DNA of 64,000 nucleotides from Oopsacas minuta (Eukaryota > Animalia > Porifera): the NCBI GenBank assembly GCA_024704765.1, contig JAKMXF010000306.1, positions 402,395 through 466,394 of the forward strand, written 5' to 3'. Shown here one piece after another: positions 50,904-63,325 of this stretch. The position numbers and the translations under genes were made by a program. The notes beneath the pieces are model-generated. The model had not been told where the DNA came from and did no database searches. It saw only the letters and a program-made list of their open reading frames with translations. Position 1 is the stretch's first letter, and each line of letters opens with the position of its first letter.

Positions 50904-50993
50904 CAGCGGTTCCTAATCTGGGGTCCATTGACCCCCTTGGTGGTCTATGGACAACAGCAGGGGGTCCAAAGGATCTAGGCAGGGAGACCGCTG
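50904..50993. mobile_element. 90-bp hAT mini-MITE
   Basis: CAGCGGTTCC...GAGACCGCTG termini; TSD CATTAGGG/CATTATGG (7/8, central TA). Confidence 0.75.
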
Positions 50994-51235
50994 CATTATG
51001 GCATTTCCCTTTCTGAGCTTACATAAATAACCGATTATTGTTATGATACAACATATACTAAAAGAAAATCAGGTCGAGGATAAAGAGTATTGTAAATTCA
51101 CCAGGCGGAACATTCTCACGACTAACGTAATAGAAAAAATCTAGTAAATGGTTTTTATGTAGGAACGAAAACTAAAATCCAGGGCATAGATTGAAAATGT
51201 TAGGTATATGAACCAATTAAACATAAAATGTATAC

Positions 51236-51598
51236 CTTGTGTAACAAAGTTTCTGTATTCCTTCTAAGTTCATTTGGAGGATCGTTGCAAGCGATAAACA
51301 AGGTTAGTGCACAAGGAAGACCATCAGCTATCTTTCGGTAATGATCAATTAATGTATCTAGCCCTTGGAATGGTTGACCATTTTCAATACTGAAAGAACC
51401 ATCCAATAAACTGGATATCCGAAATTGATGAGGTTGGTTATTAGCCCAAATACAAAGGACAAATGAATTCTTAGATGTCAATGATTCTCTAACAAAAAAC
51501 AAACCATCCCTTTTGGAACTTCTATGAAGGATCGAACTAGAATTTTCTCCAGATAATTTTCCATGAAACCATGCGTTACCGGACAAAGATTCTTCCAT
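51236..51598 (-). CDS. Shark: Shark/HTK16-like kinase gene, first coding exon (N-terminal SH2 + start of ankyrin 1)
   Basis: MEESLSGNAWFHGKLS..DGLFFVRES..FVLCI..HQFRI..FSIENGQPFQGLDTLIDHYRKIADGLPCAL is an SH2 domain. The tail resembles, from memory, that of Hydra HTK16 / Drosophila Shark. Donor AAG|GTATAC. Confidence 0.85.
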
Positions 51599-53059
51599 TA
51601 ATATTAGAAACTCTAAAAAAATCAAAAGTAGGATATAAATGTAAAGTATTAACTGAGCATATTGTCCTGAACCAAGGATGATGAACAGGAAATTTTCAAT
51701 AAATTTATATTAAAACGCAATTAATGATATTTTCGACTGTAATTCAAATATTTTTATTGAATTTACCCAAAATTTGTAATGACTCCACATTCAACAAGCA
51801 AACTAATAGTTGATCGTCCAATTCTAGTCCAAAAATGAATAACTATATGTGCTCATTATATCACTTCGCATTGTTCGATTCCCATGCATTATACAATTGT
51901 CGCTACCCTGGCAATGTCTATTTTACTACAAAAATTTCGTATAGTTCGAGATTATTATATTTAGTTGATTTACAAAATATACTAAAAGTGTAGTGGCGTT
52001 TTTTGTTATTGTTTCATTACCATAAGAAACGTAAGGAGCACTATTTTCAGGACAAACGTTCGCTTACTTGTGGTCATCTGAAAGTATTGTTCTGTTTCTG
52101 ACTAATTATTTACAAATAGCAATAAAGATTACATAAAGGAACTGAAAAATTTCTTATTTAAATTATTTACAGGTTAACATTGCTAAACACCTGGGTTTAT
52201 CATTGATGTTGAAAGACCCTAATTTGAGAAGGGGAAAGGCTAAGTCAGAAAGCCACATTTAAACTAAATCGCCCCAAAGAGATGCTATACAATTTCTAGA
52301 TAGTTCTCTATTGTATGATAACGTTTTAAGAGTCTTAAAACACTATCTGGAGGATTTTGCCAGCAACCCCTAATCGATATTATTAATGGTATTGATAGCT
52401 ACTTTTGGACACATTTTTAAGGTATTTATATGCATTTAACTCATCCTTTTTGAATTGAAACGAATTATTTTTGTCGATATCCGTATTCAGGGACAGATCT
52501 CCGTCGTTTAAGTGGTCACTAGAATATATTCGTGAATATTTTATTCCTAGCAAACGCTGGAATGTGATCTTAAATATGATTTTATTTGATTGACCTCGAA
52601 GGTTCATATATTTTCTTCACATTTCTTACATAATGTTTTCGTATTTTTGTTAATATTACGTAGTTCAAATTCATTCATTCACCACATTGTGTAGATCTCA
52701 GTAACTAGCCTAAAGATATACTAAATGTCCAGAAAATTGTTAAAATTATAAACAATATTACATCTTATCCGTAGTTCAATACTTAAATTAGATAATCTAA
52801 ATAATATAGTTTTGTAAATTTCAAAAGAATTGATTAAGTATTATAGAAAGCGTGAACTTGAATAAAATGGTTATTTATAAATTCATGGATTCCAATCAGA
52901 TACATTAGATAGAATGACTATAGCAGCATATATATTCTATCAATAGCTAGCTATTGAGCTAAGATGCTTCCTGCGTGTTGATAGTGGTATACGTATAGGG
53001 AAATATTATATAAATCATATCTGTGACAACCAGAATATACACATAAATTTTGTATAGTG

Positions 53060-53090
53060 GGTCAACTGGTGAAAAGTTTGAGAACCGCTG
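53060..53090. repeat. Solo Buster-type hAT end
   Basis: AAAAGTTTGAGAACCGCTG; no matching partner or TSD found. Confidence 0.55.
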
Positions 53091-54484
53091 GCTTAGTTGA
53101 TATCAAATTTGAATTCTACGATAAATATTCTACCTAATTAGTTCACTTTATATCTGGATACCAAATACAGCAAGAATATCGGCGTTAGCTTGCTGGATTG
53201 ACGGATGGGGGGGCGATTTACAAATTCCCAAAAAGTGGAAAACGGATTCATCTCATTGTTTCGTAATAGTTTCGAGCTGAAATTTTCAGGTTAATCACAA
53301 GTCATAGAGATGTTTGAATATGCAAAAATATTTATTCAATCGGAGATGGTAATAGATTAATAGTCTTACTGTGCGAAATGATATGGAATGCCTCAGTGTG
53401 CCACAGTTCATATACATTGTAAGTAGATTGAAAGCATGATAATTTAACAAAGTCGCGCCAAATGTCATTTCGAGAGCTATCATGCTATAATTGACTCAGC
53501 TAGTCTAGCGGCGTCGAACAAGCGGTTACTTGTGTAAAGACAAATTTTGAAAATCTAATATTGACACATTCCTGAGACATTTTTGAGTTGTTTATGGGCA
53601 AATGGTGTTGAAGTGACCACTTGAACGTGGGGAAATTTTCAATGATCACGAATTTTTTCAATAATATTGTGTTACATTAAAATTGTGAACCTTAGCTGGA
53701 TTTCTACACTTTCAAAATTTCTAATGTGATCCTTCCAAGAGTGTGCCAAAATTTTTGTCTAGTAAGCATTTGTATTAACATTTGCCATTCTTTGATTCCT
53801 GTTTGAACGTTAAATATTGCTTCTTTCATTTCAAAGTTAATTAGGAAATGATCTAAGAATGTTTTATGACCAAATATCCTTGTTTTGTAAAGTTATCTCG
53901 TTCTTGAATTACTGGATCGACTTGAGATTACAAATTTTATGAAAATCCTAATATAACTGGATGATCGTTAAATGATTGCCAAATTAGGTACCTATAATGA
54001 TTTTGCTATCTTTTTCTGAATATTAATGAATTGCCTCAAAATATCAGTTTTATTTAGATATTTATAAGAATCCATGGTTGCTCCTGTAAATCAAGAACTA
54101 GCCAACTTTATCATTACAAATTTATCGTATTTTTCCCAAAATATCTTTAGACAATTTCGTATTTTATTTTGAAATCAAAGAGACATTACTTTATTTCGAA
54201 CTTACTGCGTAACTTTTAATTGCTGCATTAGACCCGTGAGAATCTGCACTTGACTTGTCCAGATTCGCACTCTACTCTGAACATACAGTATGGATATTGT
54301 ATGTCATTCATTTTTCATTACGAATTTCAAGATTTTCAATTATAGCGAATCTTTTATGATAGTTTCTTTTTGTAAACATTCGACTTTTGAGTGAACCCAA
54401 GTAATTTGCCCTTGATATGTGTTGACTGCTATTCATAATATTGTATTTTATGTCTCTTTAGATATTTCCTCAGTTTTTCTAGTT

Positions 54485-54838
54485 ATGAGTCAACAAGAGC
54501 CACTTGTTAAAGATTCTGACCATGCTCCCTTGTACTTCGACAAGGCAACTTCGCCTAAGACGAAATATGCAACTTATATTATGATTATTGGAACTCTGCT
54601 TTTTATTTTTCTAACCTTCTTTACGGCTTCTGTAAAATCTATTATCAAAACACAAATATCATTCAATTATATTCTACTCCTCGTAAATATTTGTATATAC
54701 TCGCATTTGCTGATATTTATCTTCTTGATGCTTCGCTATACTTATTTACCTAAGGACACTGTTTGGTATATATTTCCCCTTGGTTTCATTACGATTGTAT
54801 ATACAATCACTACTGATGTATTAATTTTGTTGAACTAA
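54485..54838 (+). CDS. Intronless 117-aa protein with three hydrophobic segments, weakly TMEM243-like
   Basis: Clean ATG-TAA ORF inside provided ORF 54419-54838. DHAPLYFDKATSPK before TM1, its length and 3-TM layout recall TMEM243 (from memory, unverified). Confidence 0.55.
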   Translation: MSQQEPLVKDSDHAPLYFDKATSPKTKYATYIMIIGTLLFIFLTFFTASVKSIIKTQISFNYILLLVNICIYSHLLIFIFLMLRYTYLPKDTVWYIFPLGFITIVYTITTDVLILLN

Positions 54839-55539
54839 TTGTTTTCTTTGAATCATTCATAATTAGGTCTTATGCTTTAATAAATGTATGAATATATATA
54901 TTGTTGAGAATGACACATTACAAAGTGAGAGTCTCTTTCCTATGGCAACGTCGCAGAATGCGGCCTACAAATGGCCAAAGTGGCCTTTTCATGACAAAGC
55001 ATTATTCAAAATTTCTTTACTATAACAGATTACGGCCTATGTGTTACGTTCGTAACGTAAAGGAATTAAAATTTACTTCTTCGTTTTAACCAAATCCCGC
55101 ACCAAGAACGATATAGTTTGTAGGTATAGACTTTGTGTATTGACTAGAAGAATATATTGGGCAACCTCCGAAGATCTGGCAAAAGTGCCGAATTTCGTAG
55201 GTCTACATGTATACATAAGGCCTAATAGTACTTGTGGATTTGGACTAGATGCCCAATAATAGGGGTCCCCAACTGCTGCATACCATAATAATTCATACCG
55301 CTTTCCAAAATACCAATTATGATGTAATGTTCGATTGTGTATTAACGAATTTCGACAATGCTCATTTTTGGGTGTTTACCATTCAAACGAAACCAGTTGA
55401 ACTATTTTTCTCAGTTTTCTTGTATTTAGAGATTTTTAATGAAATTATTGTTCTTCAGTCAAACAATAACCTTAAGATAATGAATAAGACATAAACATAC
55501 TGCAATGTTTGCCGTTTGAATTGTTCCTAAATGTTAGTA

Positions 55540-55930
55540 CGGAATTCGACCTTAGCGAAGCGAATCATAGTTGCTTCGGCCATCACAAATTTTGTAACAT
55601 ACTATCTTATGAATGGAAATGAACATTGGCATGACCAGATTCGGATAATTTTTCAAACTTACGCGCTTCGCTTGCTATGTCGCTTCGCGACCGCTTATTA
55701 CCTCAAGCTAGCTCAAGTGCTAATTATACAGCTATAGTTCTTAGACCACCTTGTCGCTACGGGAATGAATATACTCGGCACTACGTGCTTCGGGTATGAA
55801 ACAAATGGAATATACATTTTGTTTATCCATTGCCTATTCACGTGAAATTTAATAGGCTTAGTTGGCAGTACTGGAGCTCCCACGTGGCTTTTGGTTTGTA
55901 ATCTCGGCACTTCGTACATGTTAAATAAAG
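55540..55930 (-). other. Second mini-hairpin cluster related to 22900-22976
   Basis: Minus strand: CAC-GTA-GTG, CCCGTAGCG, TCGC-GAA-GCGA and AGCAAGCGAAGCGCGTAAGT (compare AGCAAGCGAAACGCGCTAGT). Confidence 0.45.
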
Positions 55931-56699
55931 AAATATTTAAAATTCTCAAAAATGGAGAATTTGGATATTTTAGAACGGTAATGATGAAGTAATAATTTAA
56001 TGATTAGCTTGCAATTGTTAAAATGATGAGGTCAGGACATTTGGCATCTTGTGGGGTACCTGTAATTGAAATTTCAAACATCTATCATATATATTGCATG
56101 AGCAGTGGCTAAAAATTTGATTTTTAATAATTCAGAAAGGTGACAATGACATGATAATTTCGCCATAGGTGTGAATTTCCGTCCAAGAACCGAACCTCTC
56201 CGAACCAGGCCGGAAATACCCATTTATGCTAACAATCAGCCCCAGGATCTCTCAGTTTCTTGAATCAATTCCGAACATACAAATATCTATATACACATAT
56301 ATACATATCTCAATTAATTGGGATTTAATAGTATAGATTTCACAATTTACAATACATGGTTTGGTCAAGCGTTCGATTATCCTAGTCAACAGAGAAATTA
56401 GTGAATGAAAAACTGACCCATCTATAGGGTTCTACCTAAGATTATTTGGAAGGCGAGGGCATGCTGATGCGCTTTCAGATGAAATAGGAACCTAGAAATG
56501 CTGATACTAATTTTCATTTATTACATTAGGAAACCTGGTACTTTGGAGTTAGATCCTCCTCCTAAAATATACTATTCAGCAAATATAAGTAAATTAAGTC
56601 AACGGAAAGACAACAAGATGTGGGAAAAGGAAATCTTATGGTTGGATCATGACCACAATCATTAATGAGCCTTTATAAAATTGGTCGAAAGCATGAGTC

Positions 56700-58104
56700 A
56701 CAATCTCTTCAAAAATCGGAAGTGTATGGACTACAAAACCATTTAAGAATTAGAAGAAGGCAGTAGAAAAGATGAGAGCATATCCTAAGAGTAATTCTCA
56801 TATTCGTCTCTCAGAATCAGAATTATTAGCGGCCAAAATGATGACGATCGGTTCCCTTGTTCAGCAGTTACATGTTTTTGGAGAACAAGAACGAATAACA
56901 ATTAGAGTGAGCATCAAGTTTTTACTTCATTGTACTTATTGGCAGATGAATGCACTGACGTTGTAACTATTTAGTGGTTATCTATATGCTGTCGGTGGGT
57001 CGAAATGGAGAACCTGTTGAACACTTTATCAAACCATCAGATACTCGATGGTTGGCTCATGTGAAATGTGTCAAAGTAGAGAAGGAAAACTATTCTGCCA
57101 TTGTAGTTACTCTTGATAATATATACGAGCAAACACATGAGCCAGAAGCTTTGGGACTCAGCAAAGTTTTGTCAAAGGAGACAACTTTGGCAGCGATATT
57201 CCTTCTTGCATTTTCACTTCCTCTACTTACTAAGTTGAATAAATGCCTTCAAACTGAAGAACTCCACTTAACTTCTATACCCAGTCTTGTTGATGCCCAC
57301 TATCAATAATACTCTAGATGATGCATTGTTGCCAGCTGCAAATTTGATGCTTAAATTGCTGGATGTAAGAGTAAGTTAGGATAAAGTAGCAAGACCATCT
57401 ATTAATAACTTGAAGTACAACATTATGAGCCGATTTAGATCTCAAGACGTGGTGTCATCATTCAGAATTTTTTATCCTAGTAGAATACTACTATTTGAAT
57501 AACCTGATCTATCTACTTATGGAGATAATTATATTTGTAGTATCAAGCACCACTCTTGGAGAGATCTCTCAGCCAAATTTTTGTTAGTGGAAGAGTTTAC
57601 TAAAAGAGGATTTCAGCTGACCTTCTTACTGAAAGGAAAACATTCGGAAATACATTACTCAAAGCCCTAAAGAGGGGATGAAATCACAGCTAAGGGTGTG
57701 AACTACAAACACCATGCTTATATACCTGTTTCCGAATTTTAAAATTGTCGGGGAAATCTAGCTATCAATTCCTGTAGGTCTACCTCAGTAGAACTAAGTT
57801 TCTCACAAATTAAAATGATAGAAACAAGTCTCAAAAATCGACTAAGGGAGAGCAGCTTGTCATTATTGATGAAGGTTGCGATCGAATCTCCAGAAAACTA
57901 TTGAAATATGGAACAGAAAACCAAGGCAAATTATCGTATAAAACTATTATTAAACTATCATATTTGATAAAGTCATTTTTTCTCAATATTCTACATTAAA
58001 AACTAATTAAACAATTGTGCATTTCAATATGAATAATATCCTAGAGGGCAAAATAATTTGTAGGGGAACAATTATCTTCTCGCGACCCCCTAGAGAAAAC
58101 CCTG
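56700..58104 (+). mobile_element. ZNF862-like hAT relic with right end
   Basis: ADECTDV (~56942), KPSDTRWLAH, STSVELSFSQIKMIETSLKNRL..LMKVAIESP; right end CCCCCTAGAGAAAACCCTG at 58104. Confidence 0.8.
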
Positions 58105-58280
58105 AAGTCATACGTTAATATAAGTCACAAATTGATTGAAGAAACTGGAAGACCTCCAGTGCTGATTTATGCCATACAGTGGTATTTTTGGCCTAGCTCG
58201 GACAAGTTTGAGTCTTGAACGAAAATGAACGCCTATGACGAAATAATGACACAATTGTCAAGTTTTGAAAATTCGAAAAA

Positions 58281-61200
58281 GTGAAATACTGGGCTATTCA
58301 AACTTTTTGAAAGTCAGTTTCACATTTCGCCAATAGAAATTATGAAACTAAACAATACAAATTGTTATCGGAAAATTTCAAATTTCAAAACATATTCACT
58401 GCAATACATTGCTATACAAAACCTTTTCACTCAATTTACAATAGCGACACATGTAAAGTGAAATACTGAGTTATACTAGATATATATAGTCGATTTTAGA
58501 TTTCGCCACTAGAATTTGTGAAACTACGCAATACAAAGTGTTGTCAGTCAATTTCAAATTTCAAAACATATTCACTGCAATACTTGAGTATACAAAGCAT
58601 TTTTACTCAATTTTCAATAGCGACAAATGCAAATCGAAATATTGTCTATACAAAGTATATATAGTTAGTTTCAGAATACGCAACACAGAAATTGTGAAAC
58701 TAAACAATCCAAATTGATTTCAGCCATTTTCAAATTTAAAAACATATTCACTGCAATACTTGAGTATACAAAGCATTTCACTCAATTTTAAAAGCGACAC
58801 ATGTGAAGTGTAAATGAAATATTCTTCTATACAAATTTTACATAGTCAGTTTCACATTTCGCCACATGATAATTGCGAAACTTAACAATAAATATATATT
58901 TTAGTCAATTTCAATTGTCAAAATATATTCACTGCAATACTATACTATACGTAACATTTTCACTCAATTTACTAGAGCGACACACGTGAATTGAAAATTG
59001 TTCTGTACAAAGTATTTATAGCAGGGGTTCTTAACCAGGGAGGCGTGGCATTTGATTTCGAATTTTGCATTTTGATTTTTTCAAGTGTATAAATCATTAA
59101 TTTTTACTTGTCTAGTACTTAAATTTGAAGCTTGGTGCCTCGAATATCGTCCATGATGTGAATTTAGATTCTGATATTAAAAGGAACAAATAACCACCTC
59201 GTTTACAGTGTGTATATATCCTATAGACAATTTAGACATCCCTAACCTGTATTTACAGCTCTCTATCTATTCGATAATTTTACAATTTAGCCATGGCTAG
59301 CAGTGCTACAAAGAGAAACTACCTGGATTATTATATCAAGTATGGATTTACTTTTATCAACCCAGATAGTGATGAAATACCGCAATGTGTCGTGTGTTAT
59401 AAAACTCTTAGTAATGATGCGATACGTCCTACACGATTAGAGAGACATTTGGCTAGTAATCATCCAGAGTTTGTCGACAAGCCTATAACTTACTTCTCCA
59501 CAAAGCTGTCATCATTGAAACGAATGAAATTGGACGATAGTGGTGATTTTCGTCGCGATTCTGCTGGTATATTGGAAGCATCATACGAAATACCACTATT
59601 AATTGCGAGAGGAAAAAAAAACACAGCATCTGCGAATCCCTATTGAAGTATGGTATTCTGAGTGCAGCAAAGTTGATTCTTGGTGAAGAGAGCGCCAAAA
59701 AAAGTATCCAAAATTTCTCTTTCCGACTCGACTGTCAAACTTCGGATAGATGAATTAGCAGATGATATAAATATCCAGGGAGTAGAGAAGGTCAAACATT
59801 CGCCCTTCTTTGCAACCCAATGTGACGAGAGAACGGATATATCACAGTGTTCTCAGTTACTTGTTTATGTACATTTCATTGGAAATGAAACTCTGGAAGA
59901 AGAGATGTTATTTTGTTACCCACTAGAAACATCGACAAAGGCTGATGATATTCTTGCAGTGTTATTCTATTTCTTTGATGAAAACAATCTTCCTTGAGAT
60001 AAATTAGTTGGTATATGTACTGATGGAGCTCCTGCGATGATTCGATCATGTTCTGGGTTCATTACAAAGTCAAAAAGAAAAACTTTTTAGTTGTGGGAAC
60101 TCACTGCATCATCCATCGTAAAGCATTGGCTGTAAAGACCCTCCCTGTAGAACTGATGGATTCACTAAATGCAGTGATCAAGATTGTAAATTTGATAAAG
60201 ACAAGTGCACTGAACACTCAATTGTTCGCACAGCTGTGTCGTGATATAGGAGCAGACCACGAAATATCATTATTCCATACGAATGTCCTCTGGCTATCAA
60301 AAGTAAACATGTTGGAAAGGTTTTCTGAGTTGAAAGATGAGGTGGAAGTATTTCTTGAAAATCAGATGAAGTTTGACCTACTTGCACTTTTACATTCAAA
60401 AGACTTTGGGCTTTCTTTAGCCTACCTTGTTGACATATTTGAGGTGTTGAACACACTTAACCGCAAGCTGGAAGGTAGACAAAGCAATATCATTTGTCAC
60501 TACGATGCCATCCGTTCCTTCATTGCAAAGCTGGATTTGTGGAAGTATCGAATTTGAACAAAAATACAGCATCATTCCCACACCTTTATGAAGCACTCAA
60601 AGGTAAAGAGCTGAATGAGAACGTTAATGGATCAATTTGAATACATCTTGACATCCTTAGAAATGAATTCCTTCGATATTGCCCGGATATTCAAGAAGAG
60701 AGAGGCCGGAATGGAAACTGATCAGAAATCCTTTTCTCACAGATGTCAGTAATGTTCCTGTAATCTTGCAAGAAGAGTTTTTAGACATGAAGTATAACTC
60801 ATCTGCAATTGATGATTTTAATAATCTATCATTGGAGAAGTTCTGGGTTAAGTATTTGCCAATGTACCTTGATCTCAGCCAGCTAGCATTGCGTGTCCTC
60901 GTACAATTTTCCTCAACCTATCTCTGTGAGACAGGATTTTCAACATTAGTACTCATTAAGAGTAAATATCGAAGCAGGATGTTTGTAGAAGCTGACCTAT
61001 GTTGTGCCCTCTCAGAAACAACTCCTAGAATTAAAAACATTGTTACTACAAAACAGATTCAACAATCACATTGAATAATTTACCTCATCAGTTAATTAGA
61101 TACTCGGTTGATCAAAGCAGTATCCTTATAGTGAAATACATATGTATTAACAAATAGATTTCAAAGTCAAGGTGGAATAAGTATTTAATGGTTATAAAAG

Positions 61201-62396
61201 GGAGGCGTAAGGACAAAAAGGTTAAGAACCCCTGATTTAAAATGAGTTTCACATTTCGCTACATGATAATTGTGAAACTAATTAATCCAAAATTATTGTA
61301 GTCAATTTCAATTGTCGAAGCATATTGACTGCAATACGATACAATAAGAAACATTCCACTTAATTTACAAGAGCGACAGATGTGAAGTGTAATACTGTGA
61401 TATACAATTTATATTTACTTAGTTTCAATTTTCCAAACATTTTGAACGCAATACCTTACTATACAAAACTTTCAACTTAATTTACAAGAGCGACACACGT
61501 GAATTCAATATTGTTCTATACAAAGGATATATAGGTAGTTTCAGTATACTGCTGACAGAAAGATGTCAAACTAAATAATCCAAATGGATTTCATTCAATT
61601 TCATATTCCAAAACATATTCCCTGCAATAACCAACTATACAATACTTGTAACCCAATTTACAAGAGCAACACACGTGAATTGAAAATTATTCTATACAAG
61701 GTGTATATAGTCAATTTCACATTTCACCACATGATAATGGAGAAACTAAACAACACAAATTGATTTCAGTCAATTTCAATTGCAAAAACATATTCATCGA
61801 ATTACTTGAATATCCAAAGCTATATCACTCAATTATAAAAGTGCGAAAGATGTGAAGTGAAGATTGTTTATACAAAGAGTATAAAGTGAATTCAAGTTTC
61901 GCCAAATGATAATTGCGAAACTAAACAACAAAAATTGAATTCAATCAATTTGTCTTGTCAAAACATATTGACTGAATTGGATGACTATACAAAACTGTCC
62001 CACTCAATTTCAAGAGCAACGCACGTGAAATAACAATTGTTAAATAAAAAGAGTATACAGTGATTTCAAGTTACGCCACATAATAATTGAGAAACTAAAC
62101 AACACAAATTGAATTCAGTGAATTAAGACTTGTCAAACATATTGTCTAAATTACTTGACTATACAAAGCTGTCCCACACCATTTTCAAGAGTAAGCAATG
62201 TGAATTGAAAAATATTGTATAGAAAGAATATACAGAAAATTCAAGTTCCGCCACCTGATAATTGCGAAACTAAACACACAAATTGAACTGAGGAAAAATC
62301 ACTTGGCAAAACAAATTTATTGAATTACTTGATAATACAAAGCTATTCCACTAAAGTTTCAAGAGCAACCAATGTGAATTGATAATTGTTCTATAC
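58281..62396 (+). repeat. Diverged ~175-bp satellite, ~11 monomers, interrupted by a hAT
   Basis: Anchor CATATT(C/G)AC-like recurs at 58391, 58567, 58743, 58924, 61321, 61438, 61614, 61789, 61964 and 62138 (mostly 174-176-bp steps). Confidence 0.92.
59022..61234 (+). mobile_element. Buster-type hAT, sister of 30953-33167, inserted in the satellite
   Basis: TIR CAGGGGTTCTTAACC; TSD ATTTATAG/ATTTAAAA. Pseudogene 59293-61074 with CVVCYKTL..RPTRLERHL, DERTDISQC, CTDGAPAM, HCIIHR and FSSTYLCETGFS. Confidence 0.93.
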
Positions 62397-62400
62397 ATGT

Positions 62401-63320
62401 TAGGGACAATGTTGTGACATTTGAAATCAAGTGACAATACTTTGTATAGTGTAATTTCAAAATTCTATGTGTGGAATTATGAAACTAACTGTTAATTATA
62501 TGCATAGCTGAGCTAATCAGAAAAACTTTGTTTGTAATAAATATGAGTGAAATGCTATGTTTTGAGACGTATACTGGGAAATATGTTGTGACATGGGTAA
62601 TTGAGTGAAAAATTTTGTATAATGTATCTTCAAAATTCTAAATGCGGAAATATGAAACTGTCTGAGAATCATATACATAGTTCAGCAAATCATTTATTAA
62701 CTGTTAATAATCAAATTGAGGTGAAATCGATGATATGAACTATATATTGGGGAATATGTTGTGACATTTGAAATTGAGTGCAAATACTTTGTTCAGGGTA
62801 CTTTCTAAATTCTATGTGTGGAATTATGAAACTGATTGAGAATTATATACATAATTTAGCCAATCACTTAGTACCTTGTACTAATCAAATTGGGGATGAA
62901 TGTTATGTGTTGTACTATATTATAGGGAATATATTGAAACACTAGGAATTAAGTGGTAATACTTTGTTCAGTGTACTCTCCAAATTCTATGTGTGGAATT
63001 ATGAAACTAATTGAAAATTATACACCTAATTCAGCTAATCACTAAGTTGGTTGTACTGATCAAATTAAGATGAATACTATGTTTTGTACTATATATTTGG
63101 GAATATGTTGGGACATTTGAAAGTAAGTGCTGGTACTTTATATAGTGTACTTTCAAAATTCTATTTGGGGAATTATGAAACTGATTGAGAATAATACACC
63201 TAGTTCAGCTAATCATCTGGTATCTTGCACTAATCAAATGAGGATGAATGCTATGTTTTGTAAAATATTTTGGTGAATATGTTAGAAATTTGGAATTAAG
63301 TAATAATACTTTGCACAAGA
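62401..63320 (-). repeat. ~174-bp satellite block in inverted orientation, ~5 monomers
   Basis: GTTG(T/G)GACAT at 62411, 62585, 62758 and 63107; the reverse complement aligns with both flanking blocks. Confidence 0.9.
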
Positions 63321-63325
63321 TAATA

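Larger units (their letters stand above)
27015..51235 (-). other. Inferred 24,221-bp GT-AG intron filled with transposons
   Basis: Joining the flanking exons restores an intact ankyrin helix pair ETLLHK|ALRSDQLDIFTKILL in phase 0. Confidence 0.75.

Noticed and set aside
50904-53090. hAT element apparently capturing the Shark SH2 exon (CAGCGGTT ends at 50904 and 53090)
   Set aside because: Flanks CATTAGGG vs GCTTAGTT do not match; 50904 pairs instead with 50993 (TSD 7/8).
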